A stretch of 64,000 nt of DNA, from assembly GCA_002633005.1 (NCBI GenBank), contig NMRA01000049.1, positions 62,001 to 126,000 of the forward strand, given 5' to 3'. The first letter of the stretch is position 1. Every line of letters starts with the position of its first letter. Both the position numbers and the translations under genes were made by a program. The DNA is from Phoronis australis. Lineage: Eukaryota > Animalia > Phoronida. The notes under the pieces were generated by a model, which ran no database searches, was not told where the DNA came from, and worked only from the letters and a program-made list of their open reading frames with translations. Below are positions 1 through 14,000 of this stretch, one piece after another.

Positions 1-150
1 AATCATAAACATTATCAAGATGTGATTTTAGGATTGTAGTGACAGGGGAACAGTGGGCAGGCCATATTTCATTCTTTAGGGCAAAATGACACTGACATAT
101 GTATAAAGAAAACAAAACAACTTAAACCAAATAAACGGTTTTCATTACAG

Positions 151-3100
151 GTTCTTGAAAGCGAAGGTAATGCATGCTGCTTCATCTGCCAAACATCAAC
201 CGGCGAGGACAGCAAGCTGAAAACTTTCAACGAAAACACTTGGTCAACACTGAAGAACGTCACTACTCTACGTAAAAAATTAAAATGTGACAAATACTCC
301 CTTGTTACGCAACGAATAGTGGAAGCTAGTGAAACAGAATTATATCTTCGCTATCACCCATCGTGCTACAGAAAATACACTGCTGTTAAACGGCCAAGAG
401 ATGGACCGTCAGTTGACGACACAACTCCTAGTAAAATGGCCTCTATTGTTACAAGACGTTGCAGTCCCCTCCCAAAGTCCGATGATAAAGGCATGTTGAA
501 AGGTTCTTGCATATTCTGTGGGAAAAGCCGAAAGAAGAAGAATGGGAAAGAGGAACCAAGGGTCAAGATATTAACATTGTCTGGCTGTCACTCCCTCCGC
601 CAAGCGGCCAAATCATCTAGTAATGAGCGCTTAAGAAGCCTGGTTTTCAGTGATGTTGACTTAATAGCAAAGGAAGCTGAATACCACAAGTCCTGTCGAG
701 CTCTCTTCACAAAAGAAACTTCTGGTCAGGAAAGTGGAAATTTAAGGGATCTACACCACCAAGCATTTACGCAAACACGCAACTACATTCAAATTGAGGT
801 TCTTGAAAACCGGCGGTCAGTACTTCTCTCTACTTTGCTAGATTTGTACAAAGAAGAGTANTCAACATCACCCTCAGTCCGCACCGGGCTCGTAAAATCG
901 GGGCGCCTTGGTCGTAGATACCGCCCCCGTTACAATAGCAAAGGAAGCTGAATACCACAAGTCCTGTCGAGCTCTCTTCACTAAAGAAACTTCTGGTCAG
1001 GAAAGTGGAAATTTAAGGGATCTACACAACCAAGCATTTACGCAAACACGCAATTACATTCAAATTGAGGTTCTTGAAAACCGGCGGTCAATATTTCTCT
1101 CTACTTTGCTAGATTTGTACAAAGAAGAGTTTGTAAGTAATGGTGGGACAGAAGCTGATGTCTCAGCATACACAACTCAGAATCTCCTTAAGAAGATCAA
1201 AGAACAATTTGGAGACAGAATTCAAGTGAGATTGTCAAATCAGCGGAAAGGCAATTTTATTTTTAGCTCCACTGTAACAGAAGAAGATGCATTAGTTCAG
1301 CAGCAAGGTGAAACTGAAGAAAACTACCAAAATGACAAACTGAGGTGGGCCGCTCTTCATCTTCGGTCTCAAATCTTGCAACTGCCTAAGTCAAAGACAC
1401 CTATTCCAACAACAGTGCAGAATTTGAAATCATGTGCACCAAAGATACCGCAGCAACTTGAACTGTTCTACCGAACACTTCTCGGTGGCCTTACAACCTC
1501 AAACTCTCAAAGAGAATCCATTGACCGCAAAGTGACCGCAATGGCATCTGATGCCATTTACAACGTTACCCGTGGTAATGTGAGGCTGTGGAAGCACACG
1601 TCCCTGGGACTTGGTCTGTCTTTTCTGACAGGTTCAAAACTGTCTTTGCAAATTCTTAACAGAGCAGGACATTCCATCGGCTACAAAGAAAGCAAAGGCC
1701 TTGAGACTGAGTTTGCGTATTCCATAGAGTCGTATGAACGCGAAGCACCGGGTGGTATTCGACTCCTTCCAAATCTAGCCACTGCTTCTGTTTGGGATAA
1801 TAATGACGCACACGTCGAAACGTTAGATGGCATGTCAACACTGCACGCAACTGTTGGTCATAGCTACCAAAATGTGGTGGAAGAAGAAAGGGAAGACTCT
1901 TCTGCTGCACTGTTGTTTCGAGAAGGAAGGAATCGCCGACAGTTTGTGGGGGTGGAGCGAGAAGTGCAGCCATTCAGAAAATCTCTTAAGGATGTTACTT
2001 TTTCAAGTAACATAAACATAAACTCTGCTCAAACACGTGACAATCTTGTCAGAGGCACTGAAGTAAACTACAAGAAGATACAGCTCAACTTGTTGGATCT
2101 CTACTGGTTTTTGAAACTAAGGGAAGGTAATACTCCACTGCATGCTGGATTTATGAGCAGTTACATACGTGACCCATTGCCTCTTCAAAGGATCTGTTAC
2201 ATGGACCCCATTTCAAAATCACCAACCAACAACGATGTTGTTAAAGANGAACATGACAGGGATAATGGCTTTCCGCAACTCAGAGAATGACACAAAGGGC
2301 AATGGCTGTAACTGAACTTAGAACGTTTGCAGGACATGAAATCGGGGAGAATGCAAAGAGTCAGTGCAGTCTTTCAAGAATCAAAAAAGATAAGGAACAG
2401 ATGGCATCACTCAGTGTCAAAATCGACAATTTCTGCAATCCGTTTGAGAACAATGCTCCACCGGGTCTGGTTAATATCGCAACTGGCCAAGCAGCATCCC
2501 AAGCAACGGAAGACTACCTGATCAATGCGCTGAGCCGAGACCATGATGCGAGGGGAAAATTCCATCAGCAATGGGAAAATGACAGCAGTAGGTTTCTGCG
2601 ACCAGTTAAACGTACAGCTGTCCAAAATTTCCCTCCTGAAAGCGTGAAGAATAAAGCCAAGACATCGGCCTCCCAGAGAAACAAGACAGCCGCAGAGAGT
2701 CTAAGAGATTTGTTCATACGCATAGTCGTAGTTGTAGCAGACTTCGATCTTCGACAACTTCTGATCTCACATCCTGTCACACCTTATCCATTAGCACTTG
2801 CTCACTGCGATGGAGCGCTGGTCAAAACGGAAAGTCTGCTTTGCTGAAAAAAATTGAATTGTTCCAGACAGAACCTATAACAGATGGAGATTTTCTACAC
2901 GACTACGNTTGCTGAAAAAACTTGAATTGTTCCAGACAGAACCTATAACAGATGGAGATTTTCTACACGACTACGTGAAGGTTTATGATGGCGGACTTCT
3001 TCTACATTCAGTCATCTCACAGACGAGAATAGGTGCAAGTTACGAATCAGTTGCACGGTCGATGTTATCAGTGGTCTGTTCGGGGAGGGCAGAGGAAGCT

Positions 3101-3412
3101 CACTTGTGTCTAGACAAGTACGTAAAAAACTCAATTAAGGACAGTGAACGGAAACATCGCGGGGACTTTAATTCCATGTATGCCATAACAGGGCCTGATC
3201 AAACTATGCGACAGAGCTCACAAACACTTCTGAACAACAGCGCGTTGAAGAATGAACTGGCAAAGTTCCTTTTGACGGAATGGAGAAAAGACCATTATTG
3301 GCATATGTTTGGTGGGAAAATCTTGTTTGTTTCCCACGGTGGTGACTGCTACCAGTTCTTTCCCGACGATAACCAGCAAATCATGGTGACAAAACCTCTT
3401 GGATTGATCTAG
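151..3412 (+). pseudogene. Transposase/nuclease ORF fragments of the Academ-like element
   Basis: Frame opens at 151 after ttcattacag; pieces 319-860, 935-2247, 2287-2847, 2909-3412 are separated by n joins or frameshifts; C-terminus missing. Confidence 0.7.
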
Positions 3413-3900
3413 CTCAATTTTAGCCCTTTTTGATAATCGTCTGGCAAGGGCACCCCACCGCAGAAATTGTCTGGCATGTATCTTTTGTGCCATGTTCAGT
3501 GATGCTGAACATCGTGCAATTGGTTTCAAACGGTTACCTGATGGATTGATCTAGCTCAATTCTGGTATTTGGGCGCGTCTGGCGGGGGTAACCCACCACT
3601 AGATTTGTCTGGCAGTGTTCATTCGTGATACCTGGGCTTACGGTGAATATTTTGCCATTGGTTTCAAGCGGTTACCTCTTGGATTGATCTAGCTCAATTT
3701 TTGTACCCTGTATATGTTCGTCTGGCGGGTAGTCCCCACCACTGAAATTGTCTGGCAGTGGCCAATTTTGATACAGTGGATTACGTAGTAGGTATCCAAG
3801 GCAGTTTGAAGTGGTTACCAGAAAAGTTGATCTAGCTCAATTTTCGAGTGTCATTCTCTTGGCTCCCCTGACCACACCCACCAAAGCGAACCTGCCAGAC
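3395..3900 (+). repeat. ~140-bp tandem subterminal repeats, about 3.5 units
   Basis: Core TTGATCTAGCTCAATT near 3404, 3546, 3684, 3827, with shared GTCTGGC..CCCACC..TTGTCTGGCA blocks. Confidence 0.85.
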
Positions 3901-4942
3901 GGCCATTTCCAAGCATCAGGATACCCATAGAGTACTGTGGCACCAAAGAAAATTGGTTACCTTTTCATGCCCAAAATAGCTCTGGGATCCCGGTCTATTT
4001 TTAACGAAGCTCTTACATTCATATTGTATTAAGCAAATTACTTTAATTTTCCATGATGTACAAATTGTAGGTCTGGAGCAATAATTACGGTGGCATGGAT
4101 TATTGAATAACATATGGACACTTCAAAAGTATGGCGAATATAAGAAATCCAAATTAGTGGGAATGTATTGCTTGGAATTATGTGCCGAAAGAAGCTTTCA
4201 AATCATTTAGTACTAACCACAAGAGCAATGCGATTGCACCGCAAATAGTGTTTCATCTACTGAATGTTTCTATCATAAAAATGGCCTTCATAATGGTGCA
4301 GAATACATCGGACCAGTCTGAAATTGGGAAGGCACCGTCATCTCTCAATACTTACAAAAATTTCAAGAAAATTAGCCATTAAAGGAACTCCAAAGATACA
4401 AACTGGCAAATATAATAATGTTCCCATTATGAAGCAAAGCGGTAGTCAAATCTGTCCATCTGCTGCCAAATTGTGATCTTGCAAGGAGTTTGGTAGACAC
4501 AGCCGCAGATGTGAAAAAATGTCATGAGGGGATGCCAAAGTAGATGAAAATCGATGCCAGTCGTGCTCTTGTCAGGAGGAACACGTCTGTCGAATTTTCA
4601 TAACGATTCTCAGAGCAGTTTGGACGATACAAAAAATAATTGATAAGATGGCTACTAGACGGTGCAGAATCTATCAAATTCATTCCAAAATTTTCATCCA
4701 AAACCGGAAAACTTTTGTCCTCCATTGTTCGTGTGATTTGCACAGAACAGGCATCATGGTGCAACATTTAGAAATAAAAATTTCCAGCATAAGCGACGAC
4801 GAAGCAAGCCTGACATGTGTAAAGTAGAAGTTGGCATCTTAATGTATTTAGCAGGAGAGCAATTTCTCAAAACGAAGAATTTTTACCACTAAATGTGATT
4901 TGTGTTTACCGGTTAAAGTGTTTCATAACCATTACACAATAC

Positions 4943-5065
4943 CTGGATATTAATGAGCCATTTCTTCATTTGATAGATGGCTTTTTCACCATCAGTTATC
5001 TTCCACAACAGCAGGTACAGCGCCCTCTTTGAGAGGAAGTACTGATGAGTGGCGTAGTACTCCTT
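4943..5065 (-). CDS. LRRK1: Roc exon (KEYYATHQYFLSKRALYLLLWKITDGEKAIYQMKKWLINIQ)
   Basis: Conserved Roc motif; gtttgcag acceptor, GTATTG donor, 41 codons; missed by the ORF track. Confidence 0.92.
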
Positions 5066-8000
5066 CTGCAAACAGAATCACATCTTATCAACACAGAACC
5101 CAACACACAGAGCCCCCTATTGATAACACTTGATGAATACAAGCGATGTCACATCACCAACCAAGATTCAATAGCTGAGTAACTTCTTTTTAATTCCGTT
5201 AAACCACTCCAGTTTTTGAATTTGCCTAATGTTTCAAAGGTTATTGTGCAAAAAATAAAAATCAAGGCTTGACACAAAAACTGAAGTTTAAACACCGACC
5301 ACGCCAAATAATAGTCTTCTACAAGGTATCACCATTGCATAACAATGTCACCCACCATACTAACCAACTGACCATAATAATACTACCCATCTGACCCCGA
5401 ATATCCCCCACCTGAAAACCCAACGCTACCCTTCTGACAACCCATGTTAGCACCACCTGACTCAAGTGCTACCCACATGACTCCTATCGATGCCTTACCT
5501 CAACCCAACACTAACCACTGACCCCAAATAATGAACCCATCCGACCTATCACCTAATATTACATGCCCGACTCCCAATACTAAATATAGCAACAATCCCA
5601 CATGCAAATGTCATCCACCTGACACCCATTGATGCCCAACTCCAAAGGAGCCTGCAGGGCTCTTAGCTACCCACTATGTCCATGACCGCAGTGCCTGTCA
5701 AATGCCACCAACCTGACACCCAATGATGTCCGACTCCAAAGGACCCTACAGGATGCTTTAGCTACCCCCTATGTCGATGACCCCAGTGCCCATGCCTCTG
5801 CAAGCTACTTGATAACCTAATTACTCTTCGCATTGCGTATAATATCTCAGTCGTTACTTACCTGACCCCCAAAGTCCCATGTGGAAAAGGAGATGGCGCC
5901 CCGACTTCCACTCAGAGTCACCAAGCCAATATCAACACCAACCGTTGACAGAGGCTTACCCTTTTTCTTTTCTTTGATTTTCATATTAAGTTTTCCAAAT
6001 GTCTGAAGTGGAAATTTTTTCATTATAGCCATTAGTTCCTAAAAGTTCATGCAACATTTAATTAATTTTAAGTGTGAGTATAGGCCAAGGTCCAAAAAAG
6101 TTCTGTAGGCCGAGTCAATAAACTGGCTTTTGGGCTACCAAGACAGCCTTTTAACCTCATCGTCTGCACAAAAAACAGAATTCTTCAACCTTACGTTGCA
6201 AACTAAAGTCTTTTTCACCTCATGCACCAGTGTTTTGGAAGACTACACAACTGAAAAATAAATATTATTTTTAACCTCATGTGCTGGAGTCTGCTCAACA
6301 AATTGGCAGAACTCTTTAAAATCATACGCCTGAGTGTACTCAAAGACTAGGAGAACTTTTCAATTGGTGTACCTGGGACTCTACACTTCCTCTCAAAATG
6401 TGCTGAAGCAGGGTAGTCTTCCCTATGTCCTGGACACCAACAAACATAAGTTTCATGCGATGAAACTCTTTATCCCTGAAACGCAGAGGTTCACTTACAC
6501 TACAGGCAAAAGGTATCATAAAGTGACCAATTAAGTGCTCAATAAGGAAAAGATGTAGTTGTGTCCTCAAGGTCGGCATAAGTGCAAGCCAAAAGAAAAC
6601 AGACAAATTGACCCAACATTTCGAGCCATGACGGTTGAGCCTAAATGGAATACCGCGACTGTGAAAACGGAATAGATGGTCATAGTCTCCATCCATCACA
6701 ACGGATCATTTAACAGAAAGCTATTTGAATAAAAAAATTAAGAAAATAGCAAAGCTACTTACTCTTCCTATAGATGTAATCAATGGAAAACAACCCCCCC
6801 CGCCCGATATTCTTAAACTGATACACCGCATAAAAAGGGAAGACGACCGACACACTGGAATTAGGTCAGCCCTTGACACAATTCCACAATGAAAGTCGCC
6901 GTTTCTGTCAAGTTACATTACGTGTACATCTGCTGTACATATTGTCAGAACAGTTGACATTGAGCCTACGCATTCCCTTTTTAAATTAATTTAGTTGCCC
7001 GGTTTGCTCAAGCAGCAGGCGTCAGTCGTATACTAAAGGCTGAATCTGGTAAGAGCTATGAAAACAACCAAAAGCATAATATATTTATTATTTACTTAAT
7101 TCATAGCTGTCACTGTGGCAACAAAAATCTTATAAGTACAAGCCGTAAGGGGCAATATATTTTGAACGATTATAATAAAGTTGCTGATATCATACCACTA
7201 AGTGCGCTGTAAATATGTAAATTAGGACAACACGCTTGGTTACCGAACACGATGGACCATTGTGGTGCCGTCAGCAGATTGTATTAAGAGTTTAGTCATA
7301 ATGATGCATCATTTACAGTTGAAATTAAGTGTAAAAACTCCATGTGCGCCAAGTCTAAGGAAATTGGCAAACCCTTGGACACTACTCATATTAAATGCTG
7401 ATACTCCCCGACTACGACCTTCCATCTTGCTGCCATATTTAACAGAGCGTAAGATTTATGTGTACCACAGAAAAAGTCTTTATTACTCCTCGCAAAACTT
7501 TTAACAAGCATATTAATAATTCAGCAATCCAAATTTTACTGCAAGAGCCTAACAGACTGTGTGCTCATATATTACCTTCTGTCTCCAGAACTGATTTTGA
7601 GATGAAATTTGAATCTAATAGAAGTGCAAATAAAACTTACTAAAAAGTTAGCAACGTTGCGTCTGTCTCTCACGGACTTCAGCTTGACTATTGATGTTAT
7701 TATTATTATGGCTAATAGGTGGCATTTTAACCAGACGGCTCAGCATTGCGGTCAGAACGCCACCTATTAGCCAGAACAATGATAACATCAATAGCCAAGA
7801 TGAAGTTCATGAGAGACGGACGCAACTTCGCTAACTTTAATTTGTAACTTTTATTTCCATCAATAAAATTTATTAGATTCAAATTTCATCTCAACTGGAT
7901 GTCTCAAAATTTCCATGCTTTTATGATTTTGTGTACCTGGTGAGAGTTCTTGTGTCGCATGATAAGTCAGTGTTTGTGGAAAATGGTAAGTTTCAATGGC

Positions 8001-11000
8001 AAGGGTTCAAAATAAGTATTCAGTGGCCGCTAGTTGGGGTTCGATTGATGTCAACAGTTTTCCAGACATAATCAGAATTCAAACCGAGTTTTCCAGCCTC
8101 ACGAGAGTCCAGATCTCAACCTCCATTCGACTTACTTCAGCCAAAAGATGTTGCAGTTAGGCGCTACCTCTAATTTTCCAAACAGCAACATTGAAATACC
8201 ACAGCTTAGGATTTGAACAGTCAACAACCACAGCTTATGGATTTTTATGACTGGCTTCTTTTGGTTGGGGATTAGGGAACCGAGATGGATACCGATGATA
8301 TCACTGTCTACAGAGCTGATGAACAAAAATGTTGGCTATTTTTGACACTGTGGCCTATAAAAACCTAATCCGTCTTCAAAAGAGACCCTGCTGCTAATTT
8401 GTTGAACAGTCCCACTCACCTTTCCTTAAGCTTGTTCAGACTGATCTCTAACCACGCCAAAAAAGAATTCAGTTTTGAACAGGAAACTGCTAGATGAAAA
8501 CAAAATTGTAGCAACATGTGATTAAGCATTTCAACCCGATAAAGTCGTTTAAAGTACCTTTTTAGGATCGACTTAAGAAAGCCTGTAATATCAGCAACGC
8601 GGTAATTTGGTTGTTCGAATAATGCCTTCAGTGGTCCCTCCAATGGACAATCTTTCACATTCAAGGTCCACAGTTTCTTCAGTCGACCCATTTGGGGTGG
8701 TAACTAAATAAATTAAAAAGATATTAGACATAATTCACAATTTTTTGCAACTTATCGGTTTCAGAAATTTATTTATTTTTAAAAACAGCGCAAATGGTCC
8801 AGGGCTCTGTTTCATGAAAAGTGACTTATGACTTAAGACAGAAATTTGGTTTTGTGCTTCACACATTACTATTTCTAAACAATTATCAAATCTCACTTGA
8901 GCATTAAAGTGCCAAGTCTCGAAGTACATTTATGTAAAACTGCGAGTTACTGAGATTATTTCTACACTGTGATGCACTTGTAGTTAATGACAAAATCTTC
9001 ATTCAATTGTAAAGTGAAAGTGTAACGCCAAGTTTCTGTCTTTAGGCCATGAAGAGCCCAGTCCAGGTAACAACAGCAACGCGGAGCATTGAAATGCGCC
9101 CATGAATGCACCATAAACCATTGAACGATGTGCTTCTACTCGGGGGTTGCTTATTTTTATCATAAAATGGCTATAAAATGGCGCAAATCCATCCAAATTT
9201 GGAACCTACCTTCCTTGTTTCTTTCATAGAGAGCTATTTAACAAATTTCATAAAAAAGATGCCTATACATCAAATATTATAAAAATCCATTGAGCACCTT
9301 TACATACAGACTGACAAGAGGTATTCCTAAACATGACAGCGTTTTCCCGTTCAGTGACTTTACCAGACCTTGAGGGTTCTGAGCATGTGATAACATCTAG
9401 CTTCTTTGTTAACTGTCAAGCACACTCTTTTGTCTGTTATGACAACAAGCAGGCCAATTATTTACCAGGCTTATTACAGACCACATGTGAACACTGAGTC
9501 AAACTCAGTGATTTGGTGAATTCGGAAAGAAAGATTGTCGTAACTTCGGTTACAGTTGGGCAATTTTGGCGATTAAAAAACTAAACATGATCACCATTTG
9601 ACGAAGATTTCAGAAATGCTATTGGTTTATGTTCAAATATGTTATATCTTAACAGCACAGCCCAGTCAGGGTAGATATGATCTTATTGGAGATTAGAGCA
9701 ATTATCGAACAAAAGAGAGCTGGCCCTCCAACCATCAATGCCAGAATGGAGTTAATCAGTCGTGTAAGATATTGGCTACAGCGGTAAACTTCTCAACTTG
9801 TTGTTGGGCTATACAATCGAACAAGTTGGGAGCAACGGGAAAACGCCGTAACGAAAAACTAAAATTGCCACTAGGGTCACACCGGTAGCCAGATCCATCC
9901 GAAAGTATTTGTCGTTTGTTGTCAATTTCATATAAATACACTTGCTAAATTTAGTAATTTCCTGCAGAGGGTTTAGGAGATACAGCCATGGGCACAAAAC
10001 AAGAAAAACAGCCACTAGGATGTGCTACAGTAGCCAAAGTTGTTAAAAAATCATCGTCAGCCGTCCTCTTCATAGTAAGAACATTACACGCAAATCTTCA
10101 CAATTAACCTAAAAAGGGTTTGCTTGATAGGGGGGTGGATGCCAAAAAACAGACTCAAAAGCAATAAAAAGTGGCCACTAGATGACGCAAAATACCTGGA
10201 TTCCCTCCGAAAGAGGAGGATAGTGTCCGCTCACTAATAGATGGCAATATGCCAAATTTTTATGAAAATTCATTAAGGACCTTTGAAGATTCAGACTGAG
10301 GTAAACGTAACAAAAATTGCCACAAGAGGGTACTACACTTCCAGTAGTTGGATCCGAGCGAAAGTTTGCTCATGCCATCCGTGAAAGGAACACAGTCAAG
10401 TGCTAAATTTCATGAACATACGTCAAAGGGTTTTGGAGATAGAGCACCGGATGCTGGACGGCAGCCTGACGGCAGCTGGATGGGGGCCGGACGGCAGTCA
10501 GATGGACATGGATGACGCATATTATGTGGACGCATAAAGTGACCGTCGTATGATGATCCTCTGAAGGTTGAAGTTTGCAAATGCGAATATAATTATAGCC
10601 CGCTTTCAGTCTAGCTGCTTGGGTTGCTTGGTCTTATTATGTCATCAAACTATACTGTGCCTGTTGTATGTTGACAGTCCAGTCAGATGGCTCTCAGTTC
10701 TTTCACAGGGAATGGGGTAATTGAAACGTGCACTTCAGTTCACAAACTTAATTATATTTTGGCTTCAATTTTCACCTGTACTAGGTCCACAATGCTTGAG
10801 TCACTCATGAAACAGACTCCTGTGACCGTTTGCATGAAACAGTCCCAAATAGGGACTCAACTAACAGTCCCTAAATCTATGTGTATTTGTGTCTTTATGG
10901 ACTCACAGATGCAATATTTTTCTATCGTTTCATCTTTATTATGATCTTCTCTTTCATTAACGACATTTTCTAATAATTGAACTAAACACTGAGCCCAGAG

Positions 11001-14000
11001 TTTATTGACAGTAAATAGTTACTCAGTCCTTAAATTGGGGGTGTTGCATGAAAAGATCCAAAATAAAACTAAAACAATTCAAGAAAGAGCAATCTATGTT
11101 TTCACAAGTCCAAAAATACGCAGTAGATTTAGGAAACTTAGTTGAGTCCCTACTTGGGACTGTTTCATGCAACCGGCCAGTGAATACCATACATAGATTC
11201 AGCGCCATCTTGAAGCTTGGAGAAGAGGCTGGCATGGACTAAGTAGTCAGAGTAGTTTAGAAAATACTTTTCAAATGGATGACTCCCCTTTGTCATAATC
11301 CAGGGGTCTGTTTTACAAAATAAGACTAAAGAAGGCATGGGTTTAGTCTCATCACTGCTGGGATATGATTCGTACAAATTTTCCCAGTACGTAGTTACTA
11401 GTAATTTTGGGTAGATGTATATTCTCGGATACTTTGCTAAAAGCGCTTTTATTATAATTCAGAAATATTTATGTGGAGCGTAAGACCTACTTTCTGTCTT
11501 CTAAGACTTAAAAAATCTTACGTCACTTTCACGAAACCGATCCCACTCAGATGAGAATTTAAGACTTCTAGGAAAATTGAGCTCTGTTCCGTTTTGACCT
11601 AATTAAGCTTGATCCACTACTGTGACAAGCCAGTTATTGACCCTGGCCTATCAAAGCTTGTCAGTACATTTTTTCAACATTATCATAAATACCTGACGTG
11701 AGCAAAAACCAAAAAATCAGTCACAAAGACCCACTTACCGTTGTTATGCGATTTTGACCCAGCATAAGAGCACCGAGATTTGAGAGCTCTCCTAACAAGG
11801 GAGGTAATTCACTGAGTTTGTTGTTGCTGACATCAAGATGAGACAGGAGTGGGTAATAATTGGTTACTGGATTCTGCTGATTCTGATCTTGCATACTCTA
11901 GAAGTGAACAAAAATTAATGAATTATTCGCAATGTTATAATAATTGTAAATTTTTCAAATTTATTTACTAGAAAAGTTACGTTGTTACAAAGCACTCAAA
12001 CAAGAACGACACAGTCAGGGTGTTGATGAGTGCCTGTCCATAACCACGGATGCTCATAAGAGCAAAATCTGAAATATGGAGTTAACAGTCAGACTGTAAT
12101 TATCATGCGTACCACACCATGTGCGGTATGCAAACCATGGTGCATTCGGCCAGATTGTTCACAAATTTCAGGCATCAACATTCCTGAGTGTACAGATCCT
12201 TAACCACTTTACAATCGAAATCGATTTTGAGGTAACTGTAGGCCTCTCATGAGGGTCTGTTGGCAATGGGATACATCACAAATAGTAAAGTTAAGATACA
12301 AAGGATGACAGTTTTTTCAAACATTTGAGCGAGTTATACTTGGTGAACATAAAATTGAGTCTACGGGCTGCAATACTAGTCACCCGAAAACTGGAAAATA
12401 AATCTACCAAATTTTATGAAGAATTTCTTTGAATCAAACTAAATGGTCAATATTGAGGCTACCCTTGTTACGCACACACGCAGGGGAACGAGTATCTCGA
12501 CTGTCACTGCCCAGTTGGGATACAGCTGGGTGGTTATCAGTTTGACAGTGACTAACCAATGTTTACATAGTACCGCTCTCTTATTGTCTGCTTTCATCTG
12601 ATGTTCACATAATCCAGCAATATTGTTGTAAACGGCACGCTAACCGATATTAAAAAATACTATTTGCAAACGACAAATGTTGTGAAGCGGATGTGTTTTG
12701 TATGAAATATTTTCAACAAAAAACTTCGAATGGCAAAAAACGGTTGACTTTCAGAGAAATTAGAATTAACTTTCACCTGCTGATTCCTTTGTGTGACTGT
12801 AAGCTCTGACCATGTGTACCAACACAAAAGGCGTGCTTGACAAGTTTAATGGAGCGTGATTCTAGTAAGATTAGATCATGATAGCGAAAATTCAGTGATT
12901 TTTAGACTCCAGAGCTGAGTTGCATAAAGCTTCAAAACTTATCCGCTGGATAAGTTTGATTGTTGCATGACGTCAGGTGCTTTGTTCAACAATAACAATG
13001 TGACGCGTGATAATGCGATGTCATTGTTGTTATACAGCCCTGGATAATGGTACGTAATGGGGTAAAATCTCAATTGGTCAAAATTTTTAAGAGAATGGTA
13101 CGTAATGTGAAAAAATAAAACAACCACTAGGGGGCAACTTAATAATATTGTCTAGACATCAATGTCAACCAGGTTTTCGAAAAGAAGTACATTTAATTCT
13201 TGAAAAGTTCCGAAGATAGAAATGGAGATGCGAAAAAAGAACCAGTGATACTAAGGGGCGCATGATTAATTCAAATTAACTTGACAGATGTCAAAATGAG
13301 CTATATGCAAGTGTGCAGAAAACTATGCAATCCCTCTACATGTTTATGCAAAATTGATACCTGCGCCCCACGAACTTAGTGGAATGAGATCTTTGCAAAT
13401 CACAATTCTCGCGACTGCTTATTTCATCAAAGTGTAGACCTTGTCAGCATGCTAGAGTCATGATTAATGGAACAGGCATTAACAAATGAAGTGAAATTGA
13501 GCCAAAATCATTTTTTAATGTAGAGAGTACATGACAGTTTTAAACCAACACAACTTCTGATAGAAAGTATGACTCACAGTGATTGTATTAGTGTAGCAAT
13601 GGGTGAACTAATAACAGAGTCTGACAGTTTTATAATTATTATATCAATATCAATTGTCCTCGATAGTCGCGCAGTGCAACATTTAAGCATCATGAGACGG
13701 CTCCTACACTAACATTTGGGGTTTTTACCCCAACACCTAAGGGAGCCTGAAGCAAGACTGTGACTAACCAGTTCTAACGGACTGATTTCAAAAATTAATG
13801 CTTGGGACTTTCGCACGGGTAACAGCTAGTGCGAAACGCATAGGGAAATAGATACTTAGATTAAGAGGGAACATTTAGTGTTCATCGCAAGAGACAGGAA
13901 TACTTCTTGAAAAGGCCGTGTTCAAAGCTTCAAGCAGAATTTCAGTCACTGTCAGATTTTATTAGGCAAGGTGTGCGGCTGCGGGATTCTTTCCCCAGGC

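Larger units (their letters stand above)
1..4657 (+). mobile_element. Academ-like (AcademX-type) DNA transposon, defective and fragmented, intronic and antisense to the LRRK-like gene
   Basis: Long broken ORF with two C-x2-C...YHxxC modules, WDNND..ETLDG..TLHAT.G, and an XPG/PIN-like segment (VYDGGLLLH, LDKY..SIKDSER..RG), followed by subterminal tandem repeats. Family assigned from remembered motif architecture. Right end (..GGCTACTA, 4657) is only a guess; left end is outside the window. Confidence 0.65.

Noticed and set aside
2841-2975. 67-bp tandem duplication in the transposase
   Set aside because: The copies abut a single n at 2908, typical of an unmerged contig overlap
3395-3900. Regularly spaced conserved cores next to a nuclease-like ORF, superficially CRISPR-like
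   Set aside because: The period is ~140 bp, the intervening sequences resemble each other rather than being unique spacers, there are no cas genes, and the context is a eukaryotic transposon
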